Below are positions 49,022 through 58,747 of a DNA stretch of 64,000 nucleotides, in pieces. Numbering within the stretch: position 1 is the stretch's first letter; every line of letters starts with the position of its first letter. This DNA is from Prolixibacteraceae bacterium (GTDB lineage: Bacteria; Bacteroidota; Bacteroidia; Bacteroidales; Prolixibacteraceae): contig OY787458.1 of assembly GCA_963678915.1 (NCBI GenBank), positions 4,393,231 to 4,457,230 of the forward strand, given 5' to 3'. The notes under the pieces were generated by a model. That model ran no database searches, was not told the origin of the DNA, and was given only the letters and a program-made list of their open reading frames with translations. Made by a program: the position numbers and the translations under genes.

Positions 49022-51934
49022 TTATTGTTTATTGGTTAAAATCATTCCAAAAGGTAGTTTTTCGTGGTTGCGCAGTATGTTTATCGACCATTTAATGGTT
49101 GGATTTGTTCCATCAGCTGTTACGACCGGTATTTTAAATTGGTTATCCTGACCTTCGCCAAGCAGTTTTTTCAACTCTTTTTCAACCCTTTTTTGCTCCG
49201 GTTCCGGAACAAATGCCTTGATAAAATATTGTTCCAGTGCACTTTCTCTTTTCTTCCCCAGAAACCTTTCAGCTTTGTTGTTCAGTTCAACAATTTTCAG
49301 TTCCGACGAAAGTTTAATGATAACATCTGATACTGAATCTAAAAGAATGCGATTCAACTGCTCTGCCTCAATTAATTTGACTTCCATCTGCTTGAGATCG
49401 GAAATGTTGATAAACGTAATAACCAGTCCATCAATACGATCGTCGAAAGTACGATAGGGCATAATGCGGATGGAAAACCATCGTCCATCGTTGGTTGAAA
49501 TTTGTTTTTGAATAAATACCAGGGTACGCAACACTTCGAGGGCATCTTCGGCCAGGTTGGGGTAATTCAAATCAGAAACCTGGTCGGTAAAAGGCCTGCC
49601 AATGTCGCTTTTGATGAGTTTGAAAATTTGGGTGGTTTGGTTGGTGTAGCGGCGTATATTTAATTCTTTGTCGAGGAACAGAGTGGCAATGTCGGTGCTG
49701 TTTAGCAAGTTCTTCATGTCGTTGTTCACTCTCGAGAAATCGTCAACTTTCGATTGTAATTCAGCATTTACAGTCTGAAGTTCTTCATTCAGACTTTGCA
49801 TTTCTTCTTTCGAAGTGGTCAGTTCTTCATTGGTCGATTGCAGCTCTTCGTTGGTTGATTGCAATTCCTCATTGGCCGATTTTAGTTCTTCCTGCGAAGT
49901 CTGCATTTCTTCCAGCGTGCTCTGCATGGTTTCGCGAGCGTGCTCTAATTCTTTTTCCAACTCCGATTGCTTAATACTACTGACCGTTCTTCGGTAGGCT
50001 TCTGGTTTATCACTGTATGCTTCGTGAACATCAGAAAAAACCACCAGAATCATACCTCTCAACGTTTCAGGCTTGTCAATCCACTGAATGGTCACATCAA
50101 GGGTTTGTGAACTTCCATTTGTACCAACCCTCAGGTGATGTAACACTTCTTTTCCTTTAGTTGTCAGCGCTTTGCGAAAAGCAAATGGAAATTCATTCCG
50201 TAAACCGTCGCGTAGCATGGCAAAGATGTTCAGGTTAGCTTTCCCCGTAGCCGGCTCCAGGTATTTCCCGGTTCGTCCGCTGATGTAAATGATATCGCCA
50301 TTTTCGTTAACTAAAACGGCAGGAGGCGAAAAGTGCTGCAACAACAATTGTTCGGCAGGCGATTGAATATTTGCAGGTAGTTTGCTTGGCATTTGAATTT
50401 CGGGATTGGTCAATTTAGCTCGTGAAAATGAGGAGGGAAAATCGAATAGTTCAGGAATTAAGTTGGTAGTTGAACGTTTATACAATTTTAATTTTGAATC
50501 GATGGTAGTGAAAAGCGGAGCCTGAGACCCCAACGTTTCGGAACTACCCAGCAGCATAATTCCATCAGGATTAAGGCTATAGTAAAATAATCCAATCAGT
50601 TTCTTCTGTAGCTCAGTATCCATGTATATTAGCAGGTTACGGCAAGTCAGAATATCTATTTTGGTGAATGGGGGGTGCATAATGATGTTGTGCTGTGCAA
50701 ACACAATCATTTCGCGTATTTCAGTATTGATTCTGTAGCCATCTTCTGTTTTGATGAAAAAGCGATTCAATCGGGCAGGAGAGACGTCGGAAATTATATT
50801 TGCTGGAAAGTGTCCTTTCCTGGCTGTTTCTATGGCATCGCTATCCAGATCGGTTGCAAATATTTGCAGGGTAATCCCTCCTTGCGGATTCACTTTTTCA
50901 ATCACTTCCTTTACCACAATGGCCAGTGAATATGCTTCTTCGCCGGTTGAGCATCCCGGCACCCAGGCTCTTATTACTGTACCTTCTTTTAAGTTGGTTA
51001 GAATGATTGGCAATACCTGCTCTTTCAGTTTTTCCCAAACCGGGGCATCGCGAAAGAAGTTGGTAACACCAATCAGTAATTCTTTGAAAAGTATATCTAC
51101 TTCTACCTGATTTTCCTGCAGGAAATGGACATACGAAATGATCTTATCAATTTTATGAATGCCCATGCGCCTTTCTATACGGCGGTATAAAGTGTTTTTT
51201 TTATAAAGCGAAAAATCATTCCCGGTATGAGCACGTAGCAGGATAATAATTTTTTCGAGGGCATTTTTTTCTTTGGTGTCTGTATCTACATCGGATTTAA
51301 GTGCTGGAGTCTGTTTAATCAAATCGATAAGCCTGGCAGGCAGTTCGTTGGCTGGAGCGATAATGTCGGCCAATACCGAGTCGATGGCATTACGGGGCAT
51401 ACTGTCGAATTTTGCCGATTCAGGAGTTTGTACCATCACAATTCCATTGCTCTCTTTTATGGCATGTAAGCCAATGCTGCCATCGGAACCCATTCCTGAA
51501 AGAATGATTCCGACACTTTGTTCTTTTTGGTCGATAGCCAGCGAACGCAGAAAGAAATCAATTGGTAGCCGAAGGCCCCTGATTTCCAATGGATCAAACA
51601 GGTATAATACACGTTTTAAAATCGACATGCTTTTGTTGGGCGGAATAACATATACACAGTTGGACTTTACAACCATATGATCTGTTACCTGAAAAACCTG
51701 CATTTTGGATACCCTCTGAAGCAATTCGGGTAGCATCCCTTTTTGGGTTGGATCGAGATGCTGAATGACAATATATGCCATACCGCTGTTTTCGGGCACA
51801 TTAGCCAGAAATTGTTCCAATGCTTCGAGCCCGCCGGCCGAAGCGCCAATACCAACTATGGGAAACGAACCAATATCCGATTCTGTATTCTTATCGTTTA
51901 AAGGAATCGCCGATTTTTGCTTTTCAGGTTTCAC
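49022..51934 (-). CDS. CheB methylesterase-CheR methyltransferase fusion with coiled coil and PAS domains
   Basis: CheB triad GASAGG/QHLDP/GMGSDG; CheR motifs CSTGEEAYS, ATDLD, CRNLLIY; NEELQS heptads; C-terminal PAS; no kinase domain. Confidence 0.92.
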   Translation of the reverse strand: MKPEKQKSAIPLNDKNTESDIGSFPIVGIGASAGGLEALEQFLANVPENSGMAYIVIQHLDPTQKGMLPELLQRVSKMQVFQVTDHMVVKSNCVYVIPPNKSMSILKRVLYLFDPLEIRGLRLPIDFFLRSLAIDQKEQSVGIILSGMGSDGSIGLHAIKESNGIVMVQTPESAKFDSMPRNAIDSVLADIIAPANELPARLIDLIKQTPALKSDVDTDTKEKNALEKIIILLRAHTGNDFSLYKKNTLYRRIERRMGIHKIDKIISYVHFLQENQVEVDILFKELLIGVTNFFRDAPVWEKLKEQVLPIILTNLKEGTVIRAWVPGCSTGEEAYSLAIVVKEVIEKVNPQGGITLQIFATDLDSDAIETARKGHFPANIISDVSPARLNRFFIKTEDGYRINTEIREMIVFAQHNIIMHPPFTKIDILTCRNLLIYMDTELQKKLIGLFYYSLNPDGIMLLGSSETLGSQAPLFTTIDSKLKLYKRSTTNLIPELFDFPSSFSRAKLTNPEIQMPSKLPANIQSPAEQLLLQHFSPPAVLVNENGDIIYISGRTGKYLEPATGKANLNIFAMLRDGLRNEFPFAFRKALTTKGKEVLHHLRVGTNGSSQTLDVTIQWIDKPETLRGMILVVFSDVHEAYSDKPEAYRRTVSSIKQSELEKELEHARETMQSTLEEMQTSQEELKSANEELQSTNEELQSTNEELTTSKEEMQSLNEELQTVNAELQSKVDDFSRVNNDMKNLLNSTDIATLFLDKELNIRRYTNQTTQIFKLIKSDIGRPFTDQVSDLNYPNLAEDALEVLRTLVFIQKQISTNDGRWFSIRIMPYRTFDDRIDGLVITFINISDLKQMEVKLIEAEQLNRILLDSVSDVIIKLSSELKIVELNNKAERFLGKKRESALEQYFIKAFVPEPEQKRVEKELKKLLGEGQDNQFKIPVVTADGTNPTIKWSINILRNHEKLPFGMILTNKQ

Positions 51935-52205
51935 GTTTTAGTGTTTATTTTTTGCGGAAATGCCAGAGGTGTATATTCCCGTTAGGTCTTATACAAATTA
52001 ACTGAAATAATATCACATTTTTACAGCAAACGAGAGCGATCTGTTTAACTATACCTGCCAATATTCAGACTTGCCTTTTCAAAGTAATATCCTATTTCTT
52101 ACGAAGACGAATATTGTTTTCATTTCAGATTTATTTAGGTGATACTTTTATTATCCGCTTGGTCCAAATTTTACTGTTTAACTCGTAACCCTGGCGAAAT
52201 ACCGA

Positions 52206-53114
52206 TTAAATATAATGTGGCAGGGTAAATTTAAATTTGCTCCCTTTACCAGGTTCGCTCTCTACCCAGATATTTCCGCCATGCATATCAATAAATTCCT
52301 TGCAAAACAAAAGACCTAACCCAGTACCCTGTTCATTACAAGTACCAGATATTGAATTAAATTCATCAATTTTAAAGAGCTTTTCTTTAGTGCTTTGCGA
52401 CATTCCAATGCCATTATCCCTGACTTCTATTTTCACAAACTTTTTACCTTCGGTTGCTACAATATGTATATGGCCACCTGTATTAGTATATTTAATGGCA
52501 TTGCTAATCAGATTTCTGAGTATGGTTTTTACCATTTCATAGTCGGCAGTTACATGTATATTGAGGGCAATCGATTGATCGATATCGATTTGTTTAAGGG
52601 CTGCAGAGGTATTAAAACATACAATTTCGTTGATTACTAATTCGCGCAGGTTAATCTTAATAGGGTTGAAGGTTTTCTCTATATTTTGTGCCATCGACCA
52701 TGTTAAAAGGTTTTCAAGAAGATTTAATGCTTTAATTGCTGAATTTGTTGCAGTATTTAGGAGTTGCTTAATTTCTGTTTTATTCCAATCATCAAAACTT
52801 TCGTTTAATAAACCAAGTATAGTTATGGTTGTGGCGAATGGATTTCTCAAGTCGTGCGCCACAATCCTCAGGAATCTGGTATTTGAAGCAATGGCTTCAG
52901 TCAGTTTCTTTCTTGCATCTTCTAAAAGTTCTTCCAGATGAGCATTTTTTTCTTCCATCTTTTGTAAACTCAACAACAATGGTTTATACTGCTCGGTCAT
53001 TAGGCGGGTATTCTTTGCCGAAGTCACTGCTGGATTAGCTTTACCATTGATACTACGAACAGGTTTGCTTTCAGACCCCACATTGTTTAAAATATCGTGT
53101 TGTTTAGTGTTCAT
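52206..53114 (-). CDS. Cytoplasmic histidine kinase lacking an obvious sensor domain
   Basis: AHDLRNP H-box, NLISNAIKY, DNGIG, GTGLGL. Confidence 0.9.
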   Translation of the reverse strand: MNTKQHDILNNVGSESKPVRSINGKANPAVTSAKNTRLMTEQYKPLLLSLQKMEEKNAHLEELLEDARKKLTEAIASNTRFLRIVAHDLRNPFATTITILGLLNESFDDWNKTEIKQLLNTATNSAIKALNLLENLLTWSMAQNIEKTFNPIKINLRELVINEIVCFNTSAALKQIDIDQSIALNIHVTADYEMVKTILRNLISNAIKYTNTGGHIHIVATEGKKFVKIEVRDNGIGMSQSTKEKLFKIDEFNSISGTCNEQGTGLGLLFCKEFIDMHGGNIWVESEPGKGSKFKFTLPHYI

Positions 53115-53125
53115 AGTGTTGAATA

Positions 53126-53686
53126 TTAATTGCTTATCGGAATACTATTCCGGAGGTTGCGGAGTTGCCTGAAATACGACGGAGACAAACCTGTTTCACG
53201 TTGAAACTGGTTCAACAATGATGCAGTGCTACTGTAATGCATCATTAGGGCAATTTCGTTTAAGCTCATATCCCCGTAAACCAGCATCTCCTTTATCCGT
53301 TCAATTTTCTGTTTAATGATGTACTTCTCGATTGTAATACCTTCTATTTCAGTGAATAATTTATTAAGAGAAATAATGTTGTCGTCAACATTTAACTGAA
53401 TGAAATCGGAAAAACTGGTTTTTAAATTCTCATCCGAATAATGCTCTAAATCATTAACTGACTTTTTGAGTTTCTCGATTAGCTCATATTTAGAGTCATC
53501 AATAAGCTCAAATCCGCATAACTGTAAGGCGGCAGAAAACTGTAACCGCTGACCAATGGAAATTTCATCTTTTGTATTCACCTCTCCAATTTTTACTGTA
53601 TCATACTGAATACCAATTTTATCGAGTTCAGATTTTACAGTTGCTTTACAACGATTGCAAACCATATATTTAACATAGAGCTTCAT
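53126..53686 (-). CDS. AraC-family regulator 2 with N-terminal HMA-like CxxC (MVCNRC)
   Basis: MKLYVKYMVCNRC; EGITIEKY, LNEIALMMHYSS...QFQRETGLSPS. Confidence 0.88.
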   Translation of the reverse strand: MKLYVKYMVCNRCKATVKSELDKIGIQYDTVKIGEVNTKDEISIGQRLQFSAALQLCGFELIDDSKYELIEKLKKSVNDLEHYSDENLKTSFSDFIQLNVDDNIISLNKLFTEIEGITIEKYIIKQKIERIKEMLVYGDMSLNEIALMMHYSSTASLLNQFQRETGLSPSYFRQLRNLRNSIPISN

Positions 53687-53735
53687 ATTGAGATTTTAAG
53701 GTGACAGATTTTTCCACACTGTAAAAAAACAGGTG

Positions 53736-55196
53736 TTATTCTTTTTGTTTTTTATTTTCTTTTTCTTGTCTAATCCTATTGTTTTTTTCTTGACGGTTAA
53801 TTTGTCTCTGTTCCCTTAAAGTATTTTGTGGTGCGTTAACTTTTTGTAGCTGAGCAGGCTGAGCATTGTTTTTTTCAATATTCTGCTGCTGTTTTTGTTG
53901 TTGCTGCTGTCTGTTATTTTCAGATTGATTTATTTTTTGCTGCTGTTCGCGCTGGGCGTTACCTTTATCAATATTTTGCTGATTGATAGTGTTTTGTCGC
54001 TGTTGCTGTTGTTGCTGCTGCCTGATACTTTCAGCTTGATTTACCTTTTGCTGTTGCTCACGCTGGGCATTACCTTTATCAATATTTTGCTGATCGACAG
54101 TGTTTTGTCGCTGTTGCTGTTGTTGCTGCTGCCTGATACTTTCAGCTTGATTTACCTTTTGTTGTTGCTCACGCTGGACATTACGTCTATCAATATTTTG
54201 CTGATTGATATTGTTTTGCTGTTGCTGTTCCAATTTTCTATTTGCAGGAGAATTAACATTTCGTTGTTGTGAAGGCTGATCAACTTTAATGTTGTTTTGT
54301 TGCCTTACATTATTTTGCTGCCGTTCCAGTCGGTTATTATTGGTTGGGCTAGCCTCCCGCCGTTGGTTTACTGCATTTCGTTCTGACGGACGTTTTACAT
54401 CCTCTCTGCTTGAAATCCGGCTTGGAGCGGGTTTCCTTCCTGTATCGCTATTATTTCTTACTTGTGGTCGGTATATCTGTAACTGGCCATTTCTCAGAAC
54501 TTGTCCGGGCGTATTATTTTCCCGAATAGCAACAGAACTGACAGATCTGCCGGTAGACCGTTGTACATCTTCTCTGGCTGGTCCCGTAACGTAAGTGGTG
54601 TTGCGACTATTATCAATGTAAGTATTGTTAATCACGGTAGAATTTCTAATTATCCTGTCGCGACTTGTCTGACTGACGTAGTAACGGCTAATGTTTGGCC
54701 TTAGAAAATCTCTGTCACTTACAAACATCCAGTAATCGTTATAATTATTGTAGTAGTCGTTGCCAAAACTTAAGCTGATGCTAATTCCCGGACGCATTGG
54801 CTGCCATCCATAATACCCTCGGGCACTTCGCCACGTAACCCACGAAGGTCCCCATTCATAATCGGGAACCCAGATCCAACCGTAATAATTGTCGTAATCC
54901 CAACGCCCGTAATGGAAAGGAGCCCAGCCCCATTCGTAATCTGATACCCAGGTCCAACCGTAGTCAGTTAATACCCATTGTCCTGCAGTTGAATATGGCA
55001 TAAAATCTGGTCCGGCGTCCGGAATCCATACATACCCATATTGTGGATAGTCAACCCATTGGCCATAAGGACTTAATTCATCGTAGAAAATTTGCAGACT
55101 GACATAATCTTGTTGTGCCACAACTGTTTTTGGAAGCAGTACAGAAGATATCATCAATACAAGTAATACTCCCAATGTTTTAAAATTAGTTTTCAT
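53736..55196 (-). CDS. DUF6600-type secreted protein with Gln-rich repetitive C-terminus
   Basis: Signal peptide; FYDELSPYGQWV, WGWAPFHYGRW, WGPSWVTWR; Q/R/N tail. Confidence 0.8.
   Translation of the reverse strand: MKTNFKTLGVLLVLMISSVLLPKTVVAQQDYVSLQIFYDELSPYGQWVDYPQYGYVWIPDAGPDFMPYSTAGQWVLTDYGWTWVSDYEWGWAPFHYGRWDYDNYYGWIWVPDYEWGPSWVTWRSARGYYGWQPMRPGISISLSFGNDYYNNYNDYWMFVSDRDFLRPNISRYYVSQTSRDRIIRNSTVINNTYIDNSRNTTYVTGPAREDVQRSTGRSVSSVAIRENNTPGQVLRNGQLQIYRPQVRNNSDTGRKPAPSRISSREDVKRPSERNAVNQRREASPTNNNRLERQQNNVRQQNNIKVDQPSQQRNVNSPANRKLEQQQQNNINQQNIDRRNVQREQQQKVNQAESIRQQQQQQQRQNTVDQQNIDKGNAQREQQQKVNQAESIRQQQQQQQRQNTINQQNIDKGNAQREQQQKINQSENNRQQQQQKQQQNIEKNNAQPAQLQKVNAPQNTLREQRQINRQEKNNRIRQEKENKKQKE
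53900..54230. repeat. Three ~111-bp (37-aa) direct repeats in the Gln-rich tail
   Basis: atattttgctga anchor at 53971, 54082 and 54193. Confidence 0.8.
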
Positions 55197-55321
55197 GATA
55201 TTGTTATATTTTTTCCATTTTTGATGTATAATGCAGTCTATTAATCATTAGATATTCAATGAACTAAGGATTAATTTGTGATGGTAAGAATCCTTTTCAT
55301 TTAGAAGGATTACTTTGATTA

Positions 55322-55666
55322 TCAATATCTGTTGTGGCGGTTTTCTTCCCGCTCTCTTTTCTGCCAATGACCCTTTGACCAATATTTTCCTTTTGGCGTG
55401 GTTTGCCATTGCCCCGAAACATAAATGCGGTTCGGACTTGGTTTTTCCCAATAACCTCGTTGTTGTATGTAGTTGCGAGTCTGATGATTATAAAACCAAT
55501 CTCCGTCTATCCAGATATGGAGATTACTTGGACGTTCTGGTCTTGAGTATTCGATATACGAAGGTTGAGTGGCAACGTAACCAGTAGAGCAGGAGTTCAG
55601 TAATATTCCTGTTCCGAAAAGACTGGCTATGATATAGAATTTTTTGAGCACATCTTTATTTTTCAT
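55322..55666 (-). CDS. Lipoprotein with YXWGXW-type repeats
   Basis: Lipobox LNSC; IWIDGDW, GYWE, IYVSGQW, YWSKGHW. Confidence 0.75.
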   Translation of the reverse strand: MKNKDVLKKFYIIASLFGTGILLNSCSTGYVATQPSYIEYSRPERPSNLHIWIDGDWFYNHQTRNYIQQRGYWEKPSPNRIYVSGQWQTTPKGKYWSKGHWQKREREENRHNRY

Positions 55667-55706
55667 GGCGTTTCTGTTATGTTGCGAATGAATTATCGCA
55701 CGAGTA

Positions 55707-55775
55707 TAAATTTGAGCACTTAAAATTCAGAAAGTGTTACACAATTGTGTTAAAGAATTGCATCATTCACACATT
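55707..55775 (-). promoter_or_regulatory. Island motif copy 8 + -7-like element
   Basis: aatgtgtgaatgatgcaat-N11-attgtgtaac-N21-caaattta. Confidence 0.75.
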
Positions 55776-55835
55776 GAAAACAGAAACATATAGAATTGAA
55801 ATTATGACTCCAGGTACAATTTAAGTTAGTCATAA

Positions 55836-56018
55836 TTAAAGCGATTCGATTATTTTAGCCAGCTCCAGTTTTGTTATTCCGAGCTTGTACTCAAGCATTT
55901 CAATCATTTCTTTTTCCTTCCCTTCCTGAAAGCTTAAATCCTGATCATTTAAGGATGGAAATCTTTGCTTGATTTTATCTTTTTTGCTGTCCCAATATCC
56001 TAAAACAGTCGTTTCCAT
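55836..56018 (-). CDS. csbD: CsbD-like general stress protein
   Basis: GYWDSKKDKIKQRFPSLNDQDLSFQEGKEKEMIEMLEYKLG. Confidence 0.75.
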   Translation of the reverse strand: METTVLGYWDSKKDKIKQRFPSLNDQDLSFQEGKEKEMIEMLEYKLGITKLELAKIIESL

Positions 56019-56056
56019 TTCTCTTTTTTTTGAGTTTTAAGCGTCATTTAAATTCA

Positions 56057-56125
56057 TGAAATTAGGGGATTTACTTTTCATTCAGGTTATATAATTCTGC
56101 GAAAAAATTACATATTTCACACATT
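56057..56125 (-). promoter_or_regulatory. Island motif copy 9 + -7-like element (upstream of csbD; touches the GH stop codon)
   Basis: aatgtgtgaaatatgtaat-N11-attatataac-N21-taatttca. Confidence 0.72.
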
Positions 56126-57333
56126 TAAAAGTTCTTAAATTCAGATTCTTCGGGCTCCGGCAATGTGCGTCGCATTTCATCAAAAAAAGGAGTTCTTCTT
56201 TCTTCAACACATTTTGCTGCATACAGGTAAAGTGCTGCGCTCCAGGTTTGCCAGTCTTGTCCCATAGGCTTCCCATTTTGTGCTTTTATCCATTCGTTAA
56301 ATCCGTACGAAACCGTTCCTGTATTCGATTGCTCAATACAAAGGGTTAGCGCTACGAGCTTTTCGCGGGCAAGCGTGTATCTTTTGGCAGCCACTAATGC
56401 CGCCACATATAAGCCACATATAAATGGCCAAACACCGCCATTGTGATATTCACCCGGATTATTAAATATGGAATACCGTGGAAGCCAGTCGGGGTCGTGT
56501 GTTTTTATGTAGGAAAAAAAATTAGGAGGTAAATCAATGGCGAGTTCACCTTTTTCACGCATGACTGCGCACTCTTCTTCAATCCATGAAACCATGTCGT
56601 CGGCCCTTGATGGCGATGCGATTCCGGAGAGAATGGCCAGGCAGTTTCCAAGTAAATCGAAACGCTCGCTACTGTAGATTTTATACGACCAGAAAGCATA
56701 ATAGGGCTTGTGTTTTACAACCAAACCTTCGTGAATATGATGGTGGTTTGATCCGGCAGCAATGGTAAACCGCCCCATTTCTTGTTTAACCTTATCAGCA
56801 CGATCGTGCTTACCTAAAATACGAAGATAGCTATAAACCAAAGTGTTTACAAACAAACCATAACCGGTTACCCATTGTTCATCGCGCCAGTCGCTGGTAG
56901 GTTGCTGGGCTACTAAGTATCGATCAGAAGGACTTTGATATTCCATCCATGTCAGCGATTTCTCAACCGCTTCATGTAGAAAATAGGTTTCACCGGTTAT
57001 CCTTCGGAATATGCCAACTGCAAGTAAAAACAGGGGAGTAGTGTCGCTTGCGCCCCGGTCGTCTTTATCGTGAACGAGGGAAGGAATATGACCTCGTTCG
57101 GTTTGATTCTGCGCCAGCGTCTCTAAAACGTATCGGATACTTTCCAATAGTTTTTGATTTCCTGACACAGCAATTCCCAAAATCGAAAACATCAAATCGC
57201 GCGTATAGGGTTCAGGATAACCCCAGCCGGCGGTGCGTGGAAGTCCATGAACAGGTCCGTGAGCATTGTGAAGCAATACTTCAAGTGCAGCCTTCTTGGC
57301 TTCTTCTATCTTATTTTCATTGGTAAAGTGCAT
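56125..57333 (-). CDS. (alpha/alpha)6 glycoside hydrolase, GH100/neutral-invertase or amylo-1,6-glucosidase-like
   Basis: YTRD, YHNGGVWPF, FNEW and QTWSAA motifs. Confidence 0.75.
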   Translation of the reverse strand: MHFTNENKIEEAKKAALEVLLHNAHGPVHGLPRTAGWGYPEPYTRDLMFSILGIAVSGNQKLLESIRYVLETLAQNQTERGHIPSLVHDKDDRGASDTTPLFLLAVGIFRRITGETYFLHEAVEKSLTWMEYQSPSDRYLVAQQPTSDWRDEQWVTGYGLFVNTLVYSYLRILGKHDRADKVKQEMGRFTIAAGSNHHHIHEGLVVKHKPYYAFWSYKIYSSERFDLLGNCLAILSGIASPSRADDMVSWIEEECAVMREKGELAIDLPPNFFSYIKTHDPDWLPRYSIFNNPGEYHNGGVWPFICGLYVAALVAAKRYTLAREKLVALTLCIEQSNTGTVSYGFNEWIKAQNGKPMGQDWQTWSAALYLYAAKCVEERRTPFFDEMRRTLPEPEESEFKNF

Positions 57334-57474
57334 GGCGTTGAGTTTGAAAATTTAATAATTTGAAGATTTGAGAATGAAAAGGATATGAGAATATTTCTTG
57401 ATTAGAGTGATTTAGATTTCAGTTTATGAGTCTTACCACTCATCTCCAAAACATTTCATCTTCAAATTTTCAAA

Positions 57475-58617
57475 TTAGTGTATTCCCAGTTTTTCGTTTA
57501 TAATTTTGATAAACTTTTCGGCAACAATCCGATAGTCAAAGTTTGCTACAACCCTTTCCCTACCAGCAATACCCATCTTTTGACGCAAGTCAGGATCTGT
57601 CATTAAAGTCATTAGGTATTTGGCAATATCGTGTACACTAGCCCGGTAATCAACGGTTCGTGGCATTTTAAAATGAACCAGGTGCTGATCTTCAAAACCC
57701 GATTCTCCTCCAAGCATCACTTCATTTATTTCAATCTTCTTTGCAATTCCGGCTAGGAAAGCGGTCTCTCCATGAATAAGTGTATCGAGCATTCCCATGG
57801 CTTTAATACTCACAACTGGTTTTCCGCAGGCTCCGGCTTCCACCTGAGGCATTCCAAATCCTTCGAGCCGCGATGGGGCTGCATAAATATCGCAGGCACC
57901 AACCAGATAGGGCATAAAATTCCGCGAAATGGTATTGGTTTCATACATCACATTCTTGTCGATGCCGAGGTCGGAGGCCAACAGTAAATCTGCCAGGTTT
58001 TGTTTTTTTGTGCGTGGTTGCGGCCACACTTTGCAAACATATTTCCAGTCGGGAGCTTTGGCATCAATAATGGCCAATGCCTGCATTACTTCCTGTGCGC
58101 CTTTCGAAGCGGCATCTCCACCAACTGTGAGAATCATTAACTGATCGGGCGAAATACCCAATGCTTCGCGCACCGCTAGTATTTTAGGATCATTCTTGTC
58201 AAATGGAATAAACGAATCGGTATCGCATCCAACTGGTAAAACTTCAATTTTATCGCCGTTAATGCCATCGCGAACGTACATCTTTTTTACCCAATTTGAT
58301 GTGACAAGAATGAGTGGCAGATCATTTAGTATTTCCTGATAATTGGCAATGTAACCGTCGGCCACCAGCCACGGTACGGGTTGAATGCCATATCGTTGCG
58401 GGTGAAGTACAAGTTGTGGCGTGTGCCCCCAGTAACCTACACCAACAACAACATCCGGCTCGAACCAGCGGTAGTACCATTCTTTTTCCTGTGCTGATTC
58501 GAAATGAACGGCATGTGCATCAACTCCCATTCCGAGGAGTCCCTTATAGAGAAGGTCACCCTGCGTTGCAAGCCCCCCAGGAGATGGTGGATAATCATAC
58601 ATTACCAGTACTTTCAT
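57475..58617 (-). CDS. GT4 glycosyltransferase
   Basis: PVGCD, KGAQE, PSRLEGFGMPQVEAGACGKPVV (ExxxxxxxE). Confidence 0.88.
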   Translation of the reverse strand: MKVLVMYDYPPSPGGLATQGDLLYKGLLGMGVDAHAVHFESAQEKEWYYRWFEPDVVVGVGYWGHTPQLVLHPQRYGIQPVPWLVADGYIANYQEILNDLPLILVTSNWVKKMYVRDGINGDKIEVLPVGCDTDSFIPFDKNDPKILAVREALGISPDQLMILTVGGDAASKGAQEVMQALAIIDAKAPDWKYVCKVWPQPRTKKQNLADLLLASDLGIDKNVMYETNTISRNFMPYLVGACDIYAAPSRLEGFGMPQVEAGACGKPVVSIKAMGMLDTLIHGETAFLAGIAKKIEINEVMLGGESGFEDQHLVHFKMPRTVDYRASVHDIAKYLMTLMTDPDLRQKMGIAGRERVVANFDYRIVAEKFIKIINEKLGIH

Positions 58618-58747
58618 TTGTGCAAATTTTTGTAATATTTCTTAAAATCAGCGTATTAATATATCCTCATTATCTGACTGTTGCAACAGGATGGAATAGC
58701 CATTTATTTACTTCCGGTTGGTGCGGACTTTGGCACACATGGCTATT

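Noticed and set aside
49022-51934. A chemotaxis operon
   Set aside because: No MCP, CheA, CheW, CheY or flagellar genes are in the window; only the CheB/CheR fusion.
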